This document shows positions 60,886 through 64,000 of a DNA stretch of 64,000 bases, piece after piece. Every line of letters starts with the position of its first letter. Position 1 is the stretch's first letter. Position numbers and translations under genes: made by a program. The notes below the pieces were generated by a model. The model saw only the letters and a list, made by a program, of their open reading frames with translations, searched no databases and was not told where the DNA came from. Source of the stretch: Auanema rhodensis (Eukaryota; Animalia; Nematoda); NCBI GenBank assembly GCA_964057225.1, contig OZ059897.1:17050001-17114000 (forward strand), in the 5' to 3' direction.

Positions 60886-62161
60886 AGGGATAGCAACTGA
60901 AACAGTGGGAGGGCGAAATAGAAAAAGAGTTGAAGGGAAAGGTGCGGATGATCTGGAAAAATCTTAAAGCAAATCGGAAAGAAAGAAAGAAAGAAAGAAC
61001 GAAGGAAGATGGATAAAGACGAACGAGGAAGGTGGAACACACGATGAACCTAACGAGAAAGCGAAACAAGAAATGAGAATGGAATGAGAGTCATAGAGAG
61101 ATAGAGGTGCTATATGTTTGTTCTCCTCTGACGAACGGAGCATCGTGTGTGTGGATCTGGAAGTGGTGGATATATGAGTATGACTATGGATAAGAAACGA
61201 AAGATAGTGAAAAACTGGAGAGCCGGCAGATTGTGATAATGGTGAGAGACTACGAGAACGAGACTGTGAAAAGATGGAAGATGTGAGATGAGATAGAAGA
61301 AAAGTGAAAGAGTAAGAAAACGAAAAGGAGCATCTTGCTTAGTATGTCAGATTGTTGGAGCAAAAGGTGGAGTAGAAAGAGGGAAAAGAGTGTTGGAGGC
61401 GGAGGACAAGATCTGAAGTTGCTTAGCTGGAGAAGCATTGGGTACAATATGGCGAGCTCGTCCTATTCCTATTTCTATAGCGTTCAATCGTTTTCATCGT
61501 GAATTTACCAAATATCACTTTTTAGTTTTTGTTATTTATACATACATATATTCAATTATATAATAAGTAATGTTTCAAGATTTCAAGATCTTCTGGAAAA
61601 TATATTCAAGACAACACTTTATTCAATAGGATAACCTCTTATATTCCATTCCAAATGTCATAACCAGTTGATTTAAATAACTTTCACGATTTCTCTTCAA
61701 TTCTTATGATGTATATTAATTTTTTTCTCTCTGTGATTCATATATACGAAACAATCGATTTTTTCATATTATATATTTATAAAGAAAAAGAATTTTAATT
61801 AGAAAAAAGAGAAATTGTTTTATTTTATCCTAACTATAGCTGCTTATCGAACAATTTATGAGAGTCCCAGCTTTGTGCTGACTAGAACTGGTGTCATAGC
61901 AACCACATACTCACGTAATCTTGTTTTTCCTTTTCCGTTCCTATTCTTTTAGCAAAATTTATGTTGTACATTTTTTCAGTTCAAAACTTTCATTTAAGTC
62001 CTTAATTGGAATAAAAAGGTTAATTTTACATGTTTATGTTTATGTTTAACATTCTTTTCATATATCGTGATATATAACTTTGAATTTGAATTTTCTTATC
62101 ATATTATTAATTGAAGCTGAAAGTTTTTATTGGTATAGATTATAAAAATTGCTTTTAGAGT

Positions 62162-64000
62162 ATGAGGAAGGAAGAAAGCGCATTGCTCAGCCGACTAAGT
62201 AGCTCAGCTACAACTATTCGATCTAGCAATTATTCTGTTCCCAGATCGTATGGTCCAAGGTAAATAATACTATCTTGAATTCTTAGTCTTCTTAGTTAAC
62301 ACTTGTAAATGATTTTTTTCAGTTTGAGCTCATATCGGCTATCAAATTATACGCCATCTCGTTCATCAGGCTTATCAGAAAAACCATCCAGTGATTCACC
62401 ATGTACGTTTTATTATAAAAGAAAATTTTTTTAACATTCAATCTAAACTATAACATTTTAAATTTATATTTAAGATTCTTCTGGTAATAATACTCTCAGA
62501 CGGTCTAGTTCTTCAACTTCATATTCTCGAACTCTTTATCAAAGGTTAATAGATAATTTCAAACTTAATTTATCATTTTTTAAAAATTTTTATTACACAA
62601 GACGCTGTTTAACATTGACAAATAATGATTTCAGTCCAGCAGCCGCCAAACTGAGTTCAAGTCAAAACTCTGCCTATTCTATATCCAGCAGCTCATATAA
62701 ACCGTTAACTGTTGCATCATCTAGTCATGATTCGAAAACTTCACATAACAATAACTTGAATTCCAATACTGTTGGATATAGCAGTATTAACTCTTATTCT
62801 AATTATAGCAATAGTATTAATAATAATAATAATAACAGTAATAGTCCATCAGCTAGTCGAGTACGTTCTTCATCCATGGCTCCAAGCTACAGGTTCGTAT
62901 GGTCTTCAATCTTTTTTTTTAAATTGGCATGAAACGTTTTTGATTTTTTATTTTTATTAGCGAGTTTAAATTCTTACTTCTCTCATTACTTGTTCTAATG
63001 TATGCAATTTATAGAACAGTGAATGTTGCCCAATTGAATAAACAAGCTAGGGAACGAGCTGATCGTGAAGAGAAGTTGAAAAATTATTCCGAATGGTTAG
63101 AGCGCGAGAAACAGAAGGAAGTAGATATAACTGAAGATACTATATCTAAAGACTTCAGAAAAACATTGTGTAAGCAACAACTTTAAAATTAAAACTAAAC
63201 AAATTACATTTCAAGAAGCTTTATTATCAAATATCTAAATAATTTAGTTTTTGAAATAACTCTTTTGTTGAAGAATTTCATTAGGTATGATTTAGCTGTA
63301 AGCCATGCCAGCCCTGGGTATTCACAATTTGTTCGTTCCGTTAATACAAAATCTGAATTGGGTAATAGTAATAATCTCATTGGAAAATATTCTGTCCCTC
63401 ATTCCAATAGTAAGGAAACCGCCAGCAGAGTGAGTATTTCAAATAAATTCTTCGAAAGGTTCTGTTTTTAGACTGTCATGGAATATGCTGAAGACAGTCG
63501 AATGGCTAATTCTATATCGCCGGGTGTGTCGTCAGTCTGCCAAATTGGTTATACGGGCCTCAGAAATATTGGAAATACTTGTTTCTTAAATGCTACGGTT
63601 CAAATATTGGCTAATATAATCGAATTGAAAACATATTTTCTTAATGATATGTATACGACTGATATCAATAGGACCAACGATTTAGGCTGTCAGGTAAATA
63701 TTAAAAAATTAACAGTTATAAAATTTAGAAAAAAATTTAAAGATAATCATAATTTTAGGGTAGAATTGCTGAGTCGTTTGCTGAAATCATGAAAATGTTG
63801 TGGAATGGCAAACATCGAGCAATTGAACCAGTCAAGCTAAAAGTTTGTCTCTCAGTACTTAGGCTTTTTTCAACTATGTTTTTTCAGGAATTAGTTGCAT
63901 TGAAAGCTCCGCAGTTCTCTAACTGTGGTCAACATGATGCTCATGAATTTTTATCTTTTTTGTTGGATTTGCTACATGAAGATTTAAATCGTGTGCAAGT
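62162..64000 (+). CDS. Ubiquitin-specific protease (peptidase C19) with Ser-rich N-terminus; 3' end runs off the window
   Basis: Cys box GYTGLRNIGNTCFLNATVQIL and QHDAHEFLSFLLDLLHEDLNRV. The upstream exons encode a low-complexity Ser/Asn region. Confidence 0.9.

Noticed and set aside
60569-61069. 166-aa and 133-aa Ser/Phe-rich ORFs on the - strand
   Set aside because: Artefacts of the purine repeat.

Overview
This is an AT-rich, gene-dense eukaryotic window from a nematode, probably a rhabditid. The evidence is many ~40-60 nt introns, TTTCAG/TTTTAG-type acceptors, and close C. elegans-like homologues. I reconstructed 19 intron-containing genes by hand. In order they are: a TTPTT-repeat type I membrane mucin (-), dna-2 (-), a secreted Cys/Gly-rich nematode protein (+), a patched-related PTR (-), then a ~10 kb non-coding stretch with microsatellites and decayed LINE relics, mog-4/DHX16 (-), alfa-1/C9orf72 (+), cln-3 (-), mks-3/TMEM67 (+, with an X-box), GCDH (-), dnj-13 (-, with an HSE), an OVCA2-like hydrolase (+), rog-1/FRS2 (+), npl-4 (-), ndx-6/NUDT9 (+), a bra-1/2-like MYND protein (-), rsp-4/SRSF2 (+, with a poison exon), a cuticlin ZP protein (+), a MARVEL-like 4TM protein (+) and a partial USP (+). 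The most unusual signal is relaxed splice-site usage. Two introns, in dna-2 and alfa-1, seem to need a GG rather than AG 3' end, five introns need GAG acceptors, and one has a GC donor. The window's Prp2/DHX16 also appears to lack the N-terminal region seen in C. elegans MOG-4. CDS coordinates span first to last coding base including introns. No database searches were run; homologue identities are from recognised motifs.
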